From: Bacillota bacterium
GTDB taxonomy: Bacteria; Bacillota; Clostridia; TANB77; UBA1234
Assembly (NCBI GenBank): GCA_016280725.1
Contig: JAEEHF010000049.1
Coordinates: 5,542-69,541, forward strand
DNA length: 64,000 bases
Reading direction: 5' to 3'
The position numbers and the translations under genes are program-made. Of the stretch, positions 18,719 to 27,487 are shown one piece after another. The notes under the pieces were generated by a model, which saw only the letters and a list, made by a program, of their open reading frames with translations, ran no database searches and had not been told where the DNA came from. How positions within the stretch are numbered: position 1 is the first letter of the stretch; the number at the start of each line of letters is the position of its first letter.

Positions 18719-18933
18719 GTTACTTATTTCCTCCTCACGGATACTAATCTAGTACTATTTAATTATCCATTAACGAAATTGAAATGTCAACGTTATACAA
18801 GAATTATTTTGTTAATAATTGAAACATAATTACATTGTTTTAAAGTAAGAACTTTTGTGACCTCAGCATTCATTTTAGCTCACCATAATATCATTATCAA
18901 ATCTCAAAAAGTACCAATCCAAAAATGCACATC

Positions 18934-18967
18934 AAAAAAACACGCGAACCAAATTCGCGTGTTTTTA
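18934..18967 (-). terminator. Intrinsic terminator after the M23 peptidase gene
   Basis: On the minus strand: AAAAACACGCGAA-tttgg-TTCGCGTGTTTTTTT. Confidence 0.8.
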
Positions 18968-18979
18968 ATTACATACTAT

Positions 18980-20011
18980 TTATACATTGTTACTTGCAGA
19001 AGCAAGAGACTCAGGGTCAATTGTTGCTCCATCATATCTAATCTCTAGATGGCAATGAGGACCGGTAGAATTACCTGTGCTTCCTACATATGCAATAACG
19101 TCTCCTTTTTTAACTTGATCACCAACACTAACAGCAAACCTGCTACAATGTGCATAATAAGTTTCAAAACCACCAACGTGTTGAATTTTAACTAAATAAC
19201 CATAGTTGCCTTTCCACTCAGCACAAGTTACAACACCATCTTCAGTAGCATGAATTGGAGTACCCATAGGGGCTGCATAATCGCAACCTGTGTGATATCC
19301 ACTTCTCCTCCAGCCATATCTTGAAGTAATTACATAACTAGAAACTGGAAGGCCAAACTTTAAATCTGCGCTCTGTGACTTTAATGCATCTAATACTGAT
19401 TGAGGAACAGTTTTAGTTGCTGCATATGTTTGTACTTTTTTAACAAGCTTTGCATTTTCGTCCTTAATTGGCTTTATAATATCATTTGCAGCTGATTTTA
19501 AATCTGTAACTGCATTAAACTCTTTTTCATACTTTTCAGAAATCATAACAGTAGCCTTTTTTGTATATGACTTCTGTGCAGCATTTACTGAATCAACAAT
19601 TGTTTGTGCATCCTGTAAAGATTCAACCAAACAAACATCCTTATTATTTACATTTATAGCATATACTCTATAGTATATGTCACATGATTCTTTAACTAAT
19701 TGAAGAACTTCATCATCTTTAGTAGGTACATCTTTCTTAACAAGGTCAAATTCGTACTCGGGTCTAGTTTTCAATAGAATGTAACCAACTTTATCACTAT
19801 CGCCTTCTTGTAAATATGTCTCTATATCGTCTTGTAGCTTAGTTTTAGACGAAACATAGCCTTGAAACTCACCATCTATTAGCACTGAATAAACCGGCTT
19901 ATATGTTGCAAGAACAATAGCAACAATAGATAGTGCACTAACTAGAACTGCCAAAACGACTTTTCCAAAGACTCCACAAGCTTGCTTAGTTTTACCAGAA
20001 ACTCTAATCAA
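18980..20011 (-). CDS. Membrane-anchored M23 (LytM-type) peptidoglycan endopeptidase
   Basis: HTGCDYAAPMGTPI ... GSTGNSTGPHCHLEIRY (HxxxD and HxH motifs), with an N-terminal TM anchor. Confidence 0.88.
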   Translation of the reverse strand: MIRVSGKTKQACGVFGKVVLAVLVSALSIVAIVLATYKPVYSVLIDGEFQGYVSSKTKLQDDIETYLQEGDSDKVGYILLKTRPEYEFDLVKKDVPTKDDEVLQLVKESCDIYYRVYAINVNNKDVCLVESLQDAQTIVDSVNAAQKSYTKKATVMISEKYEKEFNAVTDLKSAANDIIKPIKDENAKLVKKVQTYAATKTVPQSVLDALKSQSADLKFGLPVSSYVITSRYGWRRSGYHTGCDYAAPMGTPIHATEDGVVTCAEWKGNYGYLVKIQHVGGFETYYAHCSRFAVSVGDQVKKGDVIAYVGSTGNSTGPHCHLEIRYDGATIDPESLASASNNV

Positions 20012-20290
20012 ATTTTCATCTCCTTTAAAATATCGGCTGCTTACAAACCAATTGTATTTTACTATATGCGTAAGTCTAAGGCAAGTTTTTTAATCAAAAT
20101 TCACAGTTTTTTCAAAACACATGTTCGCATAATTATTAACATTCTTATCTAAATTACCTGCATGTCCGCATTTCCGTATGTTAATAAAAAATTAAAAATG
20201 TTGGCAATTTACATATTAATTTTATGTTAAGAATGTTGCAATTTTATTCCAAATACGTTCAGCCGTAATGGATTTGAAATAAAAATTGTT

Positions 20291-20323
20291 AAAAAAAGAC
20301 TGACCAAAATTGGTCAGCCTTTT
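20291..20323 (-). terminator. Intrinsic terminator after the SLH protein gene
   Basis: On the minus strand: GGCTGACCA-att-TTGGTCAGTC followed by TTTTTTT. Confidence 0.8.
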
Positions 20324-20351
20324 ATATAGCTTAGAATACTTTAAATTCTGA

Positions 20352-23288
20352 TTAGTCTCCAGAACCTTCTCCAGAGTCGCCGCTTTCATCGTCGTCTCCA
20401 GCTACAGGTGCTGCAGCTCCGCCTTGGTCTCCACTATCGTCGCCTTGGTCTCCACTGTCGTCGCCTTGGTCTCCGCTATCGTCACCTTCTGGTGGTAATT
20501 GCTCACCACTGTCATCTGGTAGTGTTTCGCCACTATCATCTGGTAGGTTTTCTCCGCTATCTTCGTTGTCATCTTCTTCTTCGTCAGCATAGTGAACTAC
20601 GCCATTTTCGTCGATTGTGTCTTCTTCATCAACACCTTCAACAGCTACGATGAATAATACTTCAAGTTCTTCATCAACGATTAGTCTGTAACCTCTTTCA
20701 TACTTACCAGCTGGAAGTCCTGTTCCTAGGTTCTCACCATCGTCGAACTCAACTTCGCTGTCTTTGTTAACACTAGCGTTAACAAGAACGATTTGATAAT
20801 TATCGAATGCTTTAACTGTTACATCATCTTTGTTCTCTAGGTCGAAGTCTTCTTCTCCCTCAACAAGACCTTTATCTAATTGAACAACTGAATCTCTTCT
20901 TGTTGTTACAACAGATGCATCTCCTAATTGAGTACTTTCAAGAACTCCTCTTACAACTGCTTTTTCACTATCAGTTACTTGGAATACGATGAAGCATTTA
21001 TCTAATTCTTTAACATCAGCATAATCTTCAACGATTGACTTCTTGCTATCTGTGTCAACTTCTCTCCACTCGCCATCAACATAAACGTAAGAGATACCTC
21101 TTGACTCTTTAACTTTGTCTACAACACCAACATTTAGGTCAGCTGAGATAGCATCTTCCATAATGAATACGAATGAAGCTGTCATAATTTGACCATTCTT
21201 GTTAATCTTGTCGTTTACATCATAAGCAACTAATCCTTCTTCAACTCCTTGAAGAGCAGCTTTTGGATCAGCAGCAACTTCGAATTTGAATCCAACAACA
21301 TTTTCATCATCTTCATCAAGTTCTGGTGTTAGTTTGAATACAGTTGTAGCTGAAGTTACTTTGAACTTACCATCTTCTGTTTCAATATATCCTGTTCCTT
21401 TGTCATATCCTTCAGCAAATTCAACGAATGCATAATCATCATCGTAAGCTTCGTTATCTTCTAAGCCTGCTTCTAGAGGAAGGATTGTCTTAACTTTTCC
21501 ATTTCCATCTAATTTAGCCCATACAAATACGCCTTCACCGCTCTCGCCTTTAGCGTTCTTGTATACTTCGCCATGCTCAAGTTTTGTTCCATCAAAATCT
21601 GAATCTACTTTATCAGCTGTGAATTGATATGGTTTTCCATCTTCATCTTCAGCATTAGCTAATCTGATCTTTAATGCAGAATCTCCTGTTTCAGGATCTG
21701 TAGCGTCCCAAACACCATTTGACATTACTGCATAGAAGTTATTTCCTTTTCCGTTTCCTTTAACGTCTCCGAAGTAAGCTTTAACAACTTGTCCTAAATA
21801 GTTCATAACAAGTTCGATTTCTTTATCTAGGTAATCGTTATCTTTCTTCTTCTTTGTAAGTTTGATGATTTCATCTTCTACTTTTTCTTCGTCTTCGCCT
21901 TCAAATACGTTACCTTTGATTCTAGATTCAAATGTTCTGTATTCAGCTCCGTCTACTTCGAAGTACATTCTCTCATCATCATCTTTTTCATATGTTAATG
22001 ATTCGAATGTTCCAGCAACTCTTTCTCTAGCTACCATGTAGTAAGCATCGCCGTCTACTTGGTCGTTATCTTTATTAAGTTCTGTGTATACGTCGCCTTC
22101 TTCGATGTCATCTCTTGTAGCCCATTTTCCATCGATAATTACAAGAGCATCTTCATCAATCTTACTCTTTAGAGTAGATGGTTTAGCAACTTCTTTACCT
22201 TCGTTTGGAAGTGTCTTGATGTTAAGAATCTTCTTACCATCAACTTCAGCAACTACGAATACGTTCTCAGCTAGTTCGATATCTTCTTCTAGCTTATATT
22301 CTGTGTTTTCAATTTCAACTCTTCCATCATCTAGTTTTTCAACGCTTGTAACTAGACCTTCAACAAATGAATATTCTGGTGTTAATGTTAAGAATGTAGC
22401 TTTCTCTTCATCTTTGTAATCTTTGATTAGAGAAGCAACTTTCATTCCAACAACAAATCTAGAAATATCTGTATCTGGACGAACATATGCTGTCATTGTG
22501 AAATGATTTTCATCAGCTACTGGTAATAAGTCAGAAACTTTAGCTCTAACTTTTAATCCAGCATCAGCATCGTTGCTAACTTCGTATTCATCTAGATATA
22601 CATTTTCAACATATGCATATTTAGGGAATTTAACGTTTAGCATAAAGTCATCTCTAGCTTCTAGAGTCATACCATTGCCTTGAGATTCTTGATAAATCTT
22701 CCACATTGGTCTTCTTAACATGTTCCATAGAAGAACAGCTGTGTTTCCTCTTGATGCAGCTTTGTCAGCTGTATATGGATCCATATCATCGTTTAACTCT
22801 AATTCAACTGCTTTTAGTAGGTAAGCTGTTGGCCATGTTCCTTCAGCTTCTACAACGTTACCATATCCAAGAGCTCTAAGAGCCATTGTGAATGCTTCAG
22901 CATAAGTAACTTTGTTATCTGGTTTAAATGTTCCATCTGGATATCCAACGATAATCTTGCTTTGAGCAGCAGCGTTGATATATCCTGAAGCCCAGTGGCT
23001 AGCAGCTACATCTGAAAATACTGTCTTTGTAGCAAGTGATTCAACTGAATCACCTAAGCCAAGACAAATTACTAACATTTTAGCAACTTGTGCTCTTGTT
23101 AGGTCTTCTTCTGGACGGAATGTTTTGTCTGGGAATCCGTCGATTACACCAAGCTCTGTTAATGCATCTACAGCACTAGCGTATTTTAAATTGTTGCCAG
23201 TTAAATCTGAATAATTAGCAGCAAATGCAGATACGCAAAGGCTAAGAACCATTGAAAGAGCTAGTAATAATGATACTATTCTTTTCAT
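20352..23288 (-). CDS. Large SLH-domain cell-surface (S-layer-like) protein with an acidic repeat tail
   Basis: Signal peptide (SLLLALSMVLSLCVSAFA). Three SLH repeats (for example FSDVAASHWASGYINAAAQSKIIVGYPDGTFKPDNKVTYAEA). A long acidic body and a C-terminal DDSGDQG / DDSGExLP repeat tail. Confidence 0.88.
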   Translation of the reverse strand: MKRIVSLLLALSMVLSLCVSAFAANYSDLTGNNLKYASAVDALTELGVIDGFPDKTFRPEEDLTRAQVAKMLVICLGLGDSVESLATKTVFSDVAASHWASGYINAAAQSKIIVGYPDGTFKPDNKVTYAEAFTMALRALGYGNVVEAEGTWPTAYLLKAVELELNDDMDPYTADKAASRGNTAVLLWNMLRRPMWKIYQESQGNGMTLEARDDFMLNVKFPKYAYVENVYLDEYEVSNDADAGLKVRAKVSDLLPVADENHFTMTAYVRPDTDISRFVVGMKVASLIKDYKDEEKATFLTLTPEYSFVEGLVTSVEKLDDGRVEIENTEYKLEEDIELAENVFVVAEVDGKKILNIKTLPNEGKEVAKPSTLKSKIDEDALVIIDGKWATRDDIEEGDVYTELNKDNDQVDGDAYYMVARERVAGTFESLTYEKDDDERMYFEVDGAEYRTFESRIKGNVFEGEDEEKVEDEIIKLTKKKKDNDYLDKEIELVMNYLGQVVKAYFGDVKGNGKGNNFYAVMSNGVWDATDPETGDSALKIRLANAEDEDGKPYQFTADKVDSDFDGTKLEHGEVYKNAKGESGEGVFVWAKLDGNGKVKTILPLEAGLEDNEAYDDDYAFVEFAEGYDKGTGYIETEDGKFKVTSATTVFKLTPELDEDDENVVGFKFEVAADPKAALQGVEEGLVAYDVNDKINKNGQIMTASFVFIMEDAISADLNVGVVDKVKESRGISYVYVDGEWREVDTDSKKSIVEDYADVKELDKCFIVFQVTDSEKAVVRGVLESTQLGDASVVTTRRDSVVQLDKGLVEGEEDFDLENKDDVTVKAFDNYQIVLVNASVNKDSEVEFDDGENLGTGLPAGKYERGYRLIVDEELEVLFIVAVEGVDEEDTIDENGVVHYADEEEDDNEDSGENLPDDSGETLPDDSGEQLPPEGDDSGDQGDDSGDQGDDSGDQGGAAAPVAGDDDESGDSGEGSGD
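20421..20565. repeat. Intragenic tandem repeats (3 x 21 nt, then about 3 x 24 nt) encoding DDSGDQG and LPDDSGE(T/Q)
   Basis: GGTCTCCACTATCGTCGCCTT is repeated three times from 20426. It is followed by three TGGTA..TC.CCACT.TCATC units. Confidence 0.85.
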
Positions 23289-23444
23289 TTAAAGTATCCT
23301 CCTTGTAAAATTAATAATTTGTGTAAGGAAAAACTCTTAGTTAGACAAGTTTCCTTACGTTCTACTCTCTCATACCTTATCTAACCGTTACGGGCGAAAG
23401 AATTATGGAACTTGAATCCATGTTCTTCCTATCTCGTTGATTCA

Positions 23445-23472
23445 ATTCTAGCACTACAATATCTATGGTCAA
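23445..23472 (-). promoter_or_regulatory. Strong sigma-A promoter of the SLH protein gene
   Basis: On the minus strand: TTGACC, 16 nt, TAGAAT, with TG at the extended -10 position (gTGcTAGAAT). This predicts a leader of about 150 nt. Confidence 0.65.
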
Positions 23473-23665
23473 CTTCTTTTATAAAACGTTTACGGAATTT
23501 ACACTTTTTTTACATTTCGTCACCTTATTATTTCATTTAGCCCATTAAAATGTTTAAAATTTGTAAAAACATTATGTTAACGTCACAATGCTGTAATTCT
23601 ATCGTAATTCTGCTGTAATACTTCTGAAGTGCTACGGAAGATTGGAAAAGAAAAAACGAGAAAAC

Positions 23666-23713
23666 ATCAAAAAATGGGACACCCTTATTTGCTAGAACAA
23701 ATAAGAGTGTCCC
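23666..23713 (-). terminator. Intrinsic terminator after the DUF1934 gene
   Basis: On the minus strand: GGGACACTCTTATTTGTTCTAGCAAATAAGGGTGTCCC followed by ATTTTTTGA. Confidence 0.85.
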
Positions 23714-23725
23714 AAATTAATTAAG

Positions 23726-24091
23726 TTAGTCTGTTAGATAAATCAAAATCTCGTTCACATATGGCTCAATGCCTTTGACGCTTATTTCATATTTTGCATG
23801 ACCAACTAGACCAATGTTTGTATCCTCTTTTATAACTTCAATTCCTTTTAAATCTAAAACGATTAACCCTCGCTCAGTATCATAATCAACCTCAGAATCT
23901 TTACCCTCTTCAACAACAAATTTATTCTCTCCTCTTTCGTGAATCATCTTACCATCTTCAATTTGTATGTATCCGTTTTCAAACTCGATTTTAATTAGCT
24001 CATTTGTATTAGTAACGGAACATTCAAACTCTTCAAATATTTCTTCTTCATGTGTTCCATAATACTGCTTAGATTTAAGGAGAACCTTCAT
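23726..24091 (-). CDS. DUF1934 (YwiB-like) small beta-barrel protein
   Basis: 122 aa from MKVLLKSKQYY, with a GAGAGGAAAG RBS. The pattern of alternating acidic beta-strands is typical of YwiB. The track's 22-aa N-terminal extension is a translation of repeat copy B. Confidence 0.7.
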   Translation of the reverse strand: MKVLLKSKQYYGTHEEEIFEEFECSVTNTNELIKIEFENGYIQIEDGKMIHERGENKFVVEEGKDSEVDYDTERGLIVLDLKGIEVIKEDTNIGLVGHAKYEISVKGIEPYVNEILIYLTD

Positions 24092-24127
24092 ACTTACTTT
24101 CCTCTCATACCAATAAGAATTGTTTTT

Positions 24128-24164
24128 AAAAAAGGGTACGCTAAAGAGAAACATCCCCATTTTT
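24128..24164. repeat. Family 1 hairpin element, copy B (central hairpin deleted)
   Basis: AAAAAGGGTACGC-taaagagaa-ACATCCCCATTTTT, between the ddl stop and the DUF1934 start. Confidence 0.8.
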
Positions 24165-24170
24165 CAATAA

Positions 24171-25361
24171 TTATTTCTCGATTTTAGTTATATTACCAAT
24201 AATATTTGAATCAAATGTATAATTGTTTCTATTTTTGTCTTTGTTTGCTTTTTCAGCAATATCTACTAATCTATCAATAAGCTCAGGATAATCTACTCCA
24301 TCATGTTTCCACAAATAGAACGCCATAGAACCTGGAATTGTATTTATCTCATTGATATATACCTTATTATCATCGCCATCAATAATATAGTCTATTCTAA
24401 CAACGCCTTTTGAATTTAATGCTTTAAATGCTGTAACACTAAGTTCTTTAATTAATTTTGTTTGTTCATCTGGAATGTCTGCAGGAATTCTTCTATCCAT
24501 CGATTCCATAGTACCTTGCTTTGTTCCAGCAACTTTTGAAGGTGCACCTTTAGCGTTTTTGGCTCCTCTTAAATACTTGTCCTCAAATGATAAAAAGCCC
24601 TCCCAATTAACTGGTTCTTCAAGGCATGATGTTTCAACATCATCTTCATACCCTAATGCGCTACAATTTATCTCTTTAATATTTGTAACTGCTTTTTCCA
24701 CTATTATTCTTGAATCATAAGAAACCGCAACTTCAATTGCTTGAATTAGTCCATCTCTATCTTTTGCTTTAGAAATACCTATGCTTGAGCCCAAATTAGA
24801 TGGCTTAACAATCATTGGATAATTAAGCTTTTCTTCTACCATTTTAATTACTTCATCTTTATTATTTTCCCATTCTTTTCGAATGAAATAAACATATGGA
24901 AGTACTGGCAAATCATAAGCTTCAAAAACTTTTTTCATGAGAATTTTATCCATTCCAACACTTGCACCTAAAACACCAGAAGAAGAATATGGAATATTAG
25001 AAAGCTCGAGAAGCCCTTGAAGAGTGCCATCTTCTCCATTCATTCCGTGCATTACAGGAATTACTGCATCAAGTTTTATAAATTCATTTTTAGAAAACAT
25101 CCCTTTGTTAAAAACTACAAGTCCTTGTTTATTAGGTTGAATTGTTACTTCTTTAAGTTTTGATTTTATATCATCAAAATGCTTGTATATCGAAGGGTCA
25201 AGCAATTCTTCTCCTGTATACCAATCACCATTAGAGTGAATATATATTGGATATACATTATATTTAGATTTATCTACGTTTTCGATTAATTGTAGGCCTG
25301 ATACAACAGATACATCATGCTCACATGTAACGCTTCCAAATATAACTCCAAGGTTTTTCAT
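24171..25361 (-). CDS. ddl: D-alanine--D-alanine ligase (long form with a ~30-aa insert)
   Basis: N-terminus GVIFGSVTCEHDVSVVSG, ATP-grasp motifs (IVKPSNLGSSIGISKA, EINTIPG). There is an extra RGAKNAKGAPSKVAGTKQGTMESMD segment before the omega-loop region. Confidence 0.9.
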   Translation of the reverse strand: MKNLGVIFGSVTCEHDVSVVSGLQLIENVDKSKYNVYPIYIHSNGDWYTGEELLDPSIYKHFDDIKSKLKEVTIQPNKQGLVVFNKGMFSKNEFIKLDAVIPVMHGMNGEDGTLQGLLELSNIPYSSSGVLGASVGMDKILMKKVFEAYDLPVLPYVYFIRKEWENNKDEVIKMVEEKLNYPMIVKPSNLGSSIGISKAKDRDGLIQAIEVAVSYDSRIIVEKAVTNIKEINCSALGYEDDVETSCLEEPVNWEGFLSFEDKYLRGAKNAKGAPSKVAGTKQGTMESMDRRIPADIPDEQTKLIKELSVTAFKALNSKGVVRIDYIIDGDDNKVYINEINTIPGSMAFYLWKHDGVDYPELIDRLVDIAEKANKDKNRNNYTFDSNIIGNITKIEK

Positions 25362-25386
25362 ATTTCTTCCTCCATTCGTGCTGCTT

Positions 25387-25460
25387 TCTTCGTGCGTAAA
25401 AAATGGGGATGTTTCTTCTTTCGAAGAAAGAGAAGCGTACCCTTTTTCGCGGACGAAGAA
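25387..25460. repeat. Family 1 hairpin element, copy C (inverted orientation, with extended outer stem)
   Basis: The reverse complement reads TTCTTCGTCCGCG-AAAAAGGGTACGC-TTCTCTTTCTTCGAAAGAAGAA-ACATCCCCATTTTT-TACGCACGAAGAA. Confidence 0.85.
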
Positions 25461-25475
25461 CTCAAATTCATATAA

Positions 25476-26771
25476 TTATTCTGCCACATATTTTGGTCCT
25501 AGTACTATTGTAAAATCTATATCAGGATTTGAATCCTTACTATCTTCCATTGTACTAATTCCAACAACTTTAGATATTATTTTCATTTGCGAATGCATAA
25601 CATCGGTTTTAGAATAGCAAATAATTCTTGAGTTTTGGTTTTTCGAATCATTAGTTGTTTCTACTTTAACAACATCATATCCAGATTTATTTAAGATCTC
25701 TACCGTTCTATTAAAGTTTTTAACTGAAGTTCCATTATTAATAACTTCAATTCTTAATTTTTCACCACTTGAAGCATTAATTTTTTCTTTGATTTCTTTT
25801 GTTTTTGTCCCTGATTCAGGTTCTTCATCAAATTCTTTTTGAATTTCCTCTACTTCTTCAACGCTTACTTCTTTATTAAACATTTCATCAATCAGTTCTT
25901 TGGCTTTTTTCTCATTAATAAAGAAATATGAGATTCCATTGTCTGCATAACCACCAGCGCCAGGAAGAGTTTCGATTCTAACTCTGTCAGGTTTAAAGGC
26001 AATCGCATCATCGATATATTGTGTTATAACATCATATATTACATTTGTATTAGTGTTATCCATTGCAATTTTAATTAAGTCATTAGCCTTAAGAAGATTT
26101 TGAGGTTCCAAACATCTTGCTATCATTGCTTTAATAAATGATTGTTGTGCTTTAACTCTATCTACATCTCCATTTGGATAACGTCTAAACCTACAAAATT
26201 GTTCTGCCTGGCTACCATTTAATTTGTATGTTCCTTTTTTCAAATGAATATGTAAGTTTTGAACTGGGTCATCATAGTTCATATTCTGTGGAACAGTAAC
26301 TGTAACACCATCCACAGCATCTACAATGTCTCTTAATAGCTTTGTCTTAAACACTACATAGTAGTCTATTTTGACACCTGTGATTTCTTCAACTATTTTT
26401 ACCGTATTAATTGGATTCATACCTTTTGCATATGCGGAATTAATTTTTCCATCAATTGTGCCGTTAACTTTCGAATCTCTAGGAATAGAAAGAAGATTTA
26501 TTTCTCTTGTATTAGGATCATACTTTCCAAGCATAATAAAGTCTGTAAGGCCATCATTTACCCCTAAACATAATCCAGTAACTGTTCTTTCAAGTTCTAT
26601 TTTGTTACTTACAATTACATCCTTATCTCCACTAACTTTTATTACGGTCTCTGTTCTTTCTTTTTGAGCTCTAGTGTAAAAAATGTATGCTGCTCCGCCT
26701 GCAACAACAAGTAATACTATAACAATAAGCACTATTAATATTCTAAGCAAAATATTTAAAAAACGTTTCAT
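25476..26771 (-). CDS. LytR-CpsA-Psr (LCP) family wall-polymer ligase with a LytR_C domain
   Basis: N-terminal TM anchor, LCP core (NLLSIPRDSKV ... INSAYAKG), and a C-terminal LytR_C-like segment (KLRIEVINNGTSVKNFNRTVEILNKSGYDVV). Confidence 0.85.
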   Translation of the reverse strand: MKRFLNILLRILIVLIVIVLLVVAGGAAYIFYTRAQKERTETVIKVSGDKDVIVSNKIELERTVTGLCLGVNDGLTDFIMLGKYDPNTREINLLSIPRDSKVNGTIDGKINSAYAKGMNPINTVKIVEEITGVKIDYYVVFKTKLLRDIVDAVDGVTVTVPQNMNYDDPVQNLHIHLKKGTYKLNGSQAEQFCRFRRYPNGDVDRVKAQQSFIKAMIARCLEPQNLLKANDLIKIAMDNTNTNVIYDVITQYIDDAIAFKPDRVRIETLPGAGGYADNGISYFFINEKKAKELIDEMFNKEVSVEEVEEIQKEFDEEPESGTKTKEIKEKINASSGEKLRIEVINNGTSVKNFNRTVEILNKSGYDVVKVETTNDSKNQNSRIICYSKTDVMHSQMKIISKVVGISTMEDSKDSNPDIDFTIVLGPKYVAE

Positions 26772-26798
26772 TGTAACTTAACAATCTCCTTCTCTACA

Positions 26799-27479
26799 TT
26801 AAAAAAGTAATTTCAAAATAATGTTATTATCAAACATAAAACTTGCAATTAGTGATGATTTAATTGGATCTACAACAAATGACAAATCTGTAATAGAAGC
26901 AACAAACGTTATAATTGCAAAAGCTATATATAATTCGGCAACTCCCATAATAAGGCCAAACACAAGACCTAGTGTTTCGTTGAGTTGTTTCAAAACTGGA
27001 ATTTGCATTATACCATTTAGAACTATACTTGCAATAAATAGTGTTACTTTCACAACCAAGAAGATTATTACTAAGCTAAGCACTTTCATTATTGCCTCAG
27101 AAACTTTCTGGGCAATTTCGAGCTTTATATCTCGCTTGGTTTTTTCAATATCTACTCCCTCTAGAATTGTCTTTGGGAGCTGTTTTGAAAGCGAGTCTAT
27201 AATAGTATCTTCTTCAATTTCTTCAGACGACTCGACTTCTATTTGTTTAACTTCTTCATTTTTATACTTATAGTCAACAACTTTTTCAATAACCCAATCG
27301 TCTATTGAAGTTTGTTCTGTAAGTATAACTGCTAGAGGCTTATAAAACAAAAGTGCAAGTCCAACAGCTACGACAAAGGAAAACATATTTATAGCCGTCT
27401 TCACAAACCCTATTTTATAACCTATAAAGCCAAAAAGTGCAACTATTAATATTATAACTATGTCCATCAAGTTAAACAT
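26799..27479 (-). CDS. CvpA-family membrane protein
   Basis: 226 aa with N-terminus MDIVIILIVALFGFIGYKIGFV and four or more TM helices, typical of CvpA. Confidence 0.65.
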   Translation of the reverse strand: MFNLMDIVIILIVALFGFIGYKIGFVKTAINMFSFVVAVGLALLFYKPLAVILTEQTSIDDWVIEKVVDYKYKNEEVKQIEVESSEEIEEDTIIDSLSKQLPKTILEGVDIEKTKRDIKLEIAQKVSEAIMKVLSLVIIFLVVKVTLFIASIVLNGIMQIPVLKQLNETLGLVFGLIMGVAELYIAFAIITFVASITDLSFVVDPIKSSLIASFMFDNNIILKLLF

Positions 27480-27487
27480 AATACCTC

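Noticed and set aside
20170-20270. Direct repeats AATGTTGGCAATTTAC / AATGTTGCAATTTTAT and TGTTAA-type hexamers upstream of the M23 peptidase gene, considered as possible WalR boxes (TGTWAH-N5-TGTWAH).
   Set aside because: The half-site spacing does not fit. For example, TGTTAA-gaa-TGTTGC has a 3-nt rather than a 5-nt gap, and the second half-sites deviate from consensus. It cannot be supported by eye.
20402-20653. Two short ORFs on both strands (20402-20590 minus, 20408-20653 plus) with repetitive translations.
   Set aside because: They are alternative-frame readings of the 21/24-nt tandem repeats that encode the acidic tail of the SLH protein.
24092-24160. N-terminal extension of the DUF1934 ORF (MGMFLFSVPFFKNNSYWYERKVS). 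Analogous extended starts occur at 4864 (M16 peptidase), 11518 (fabG), 32109 (rpe), 31155 (znuA), 45287 (ftsX), 57882 and 60798. The ORFs at 25378-25617 and 4946-5311 are related cases.
   Set aside because: The extensions translate intergenic repeat or terminator sequence, or overlap the preceding gene, and they lack an RBS. Internal starts with good RBS spacing give family-typical lengths.
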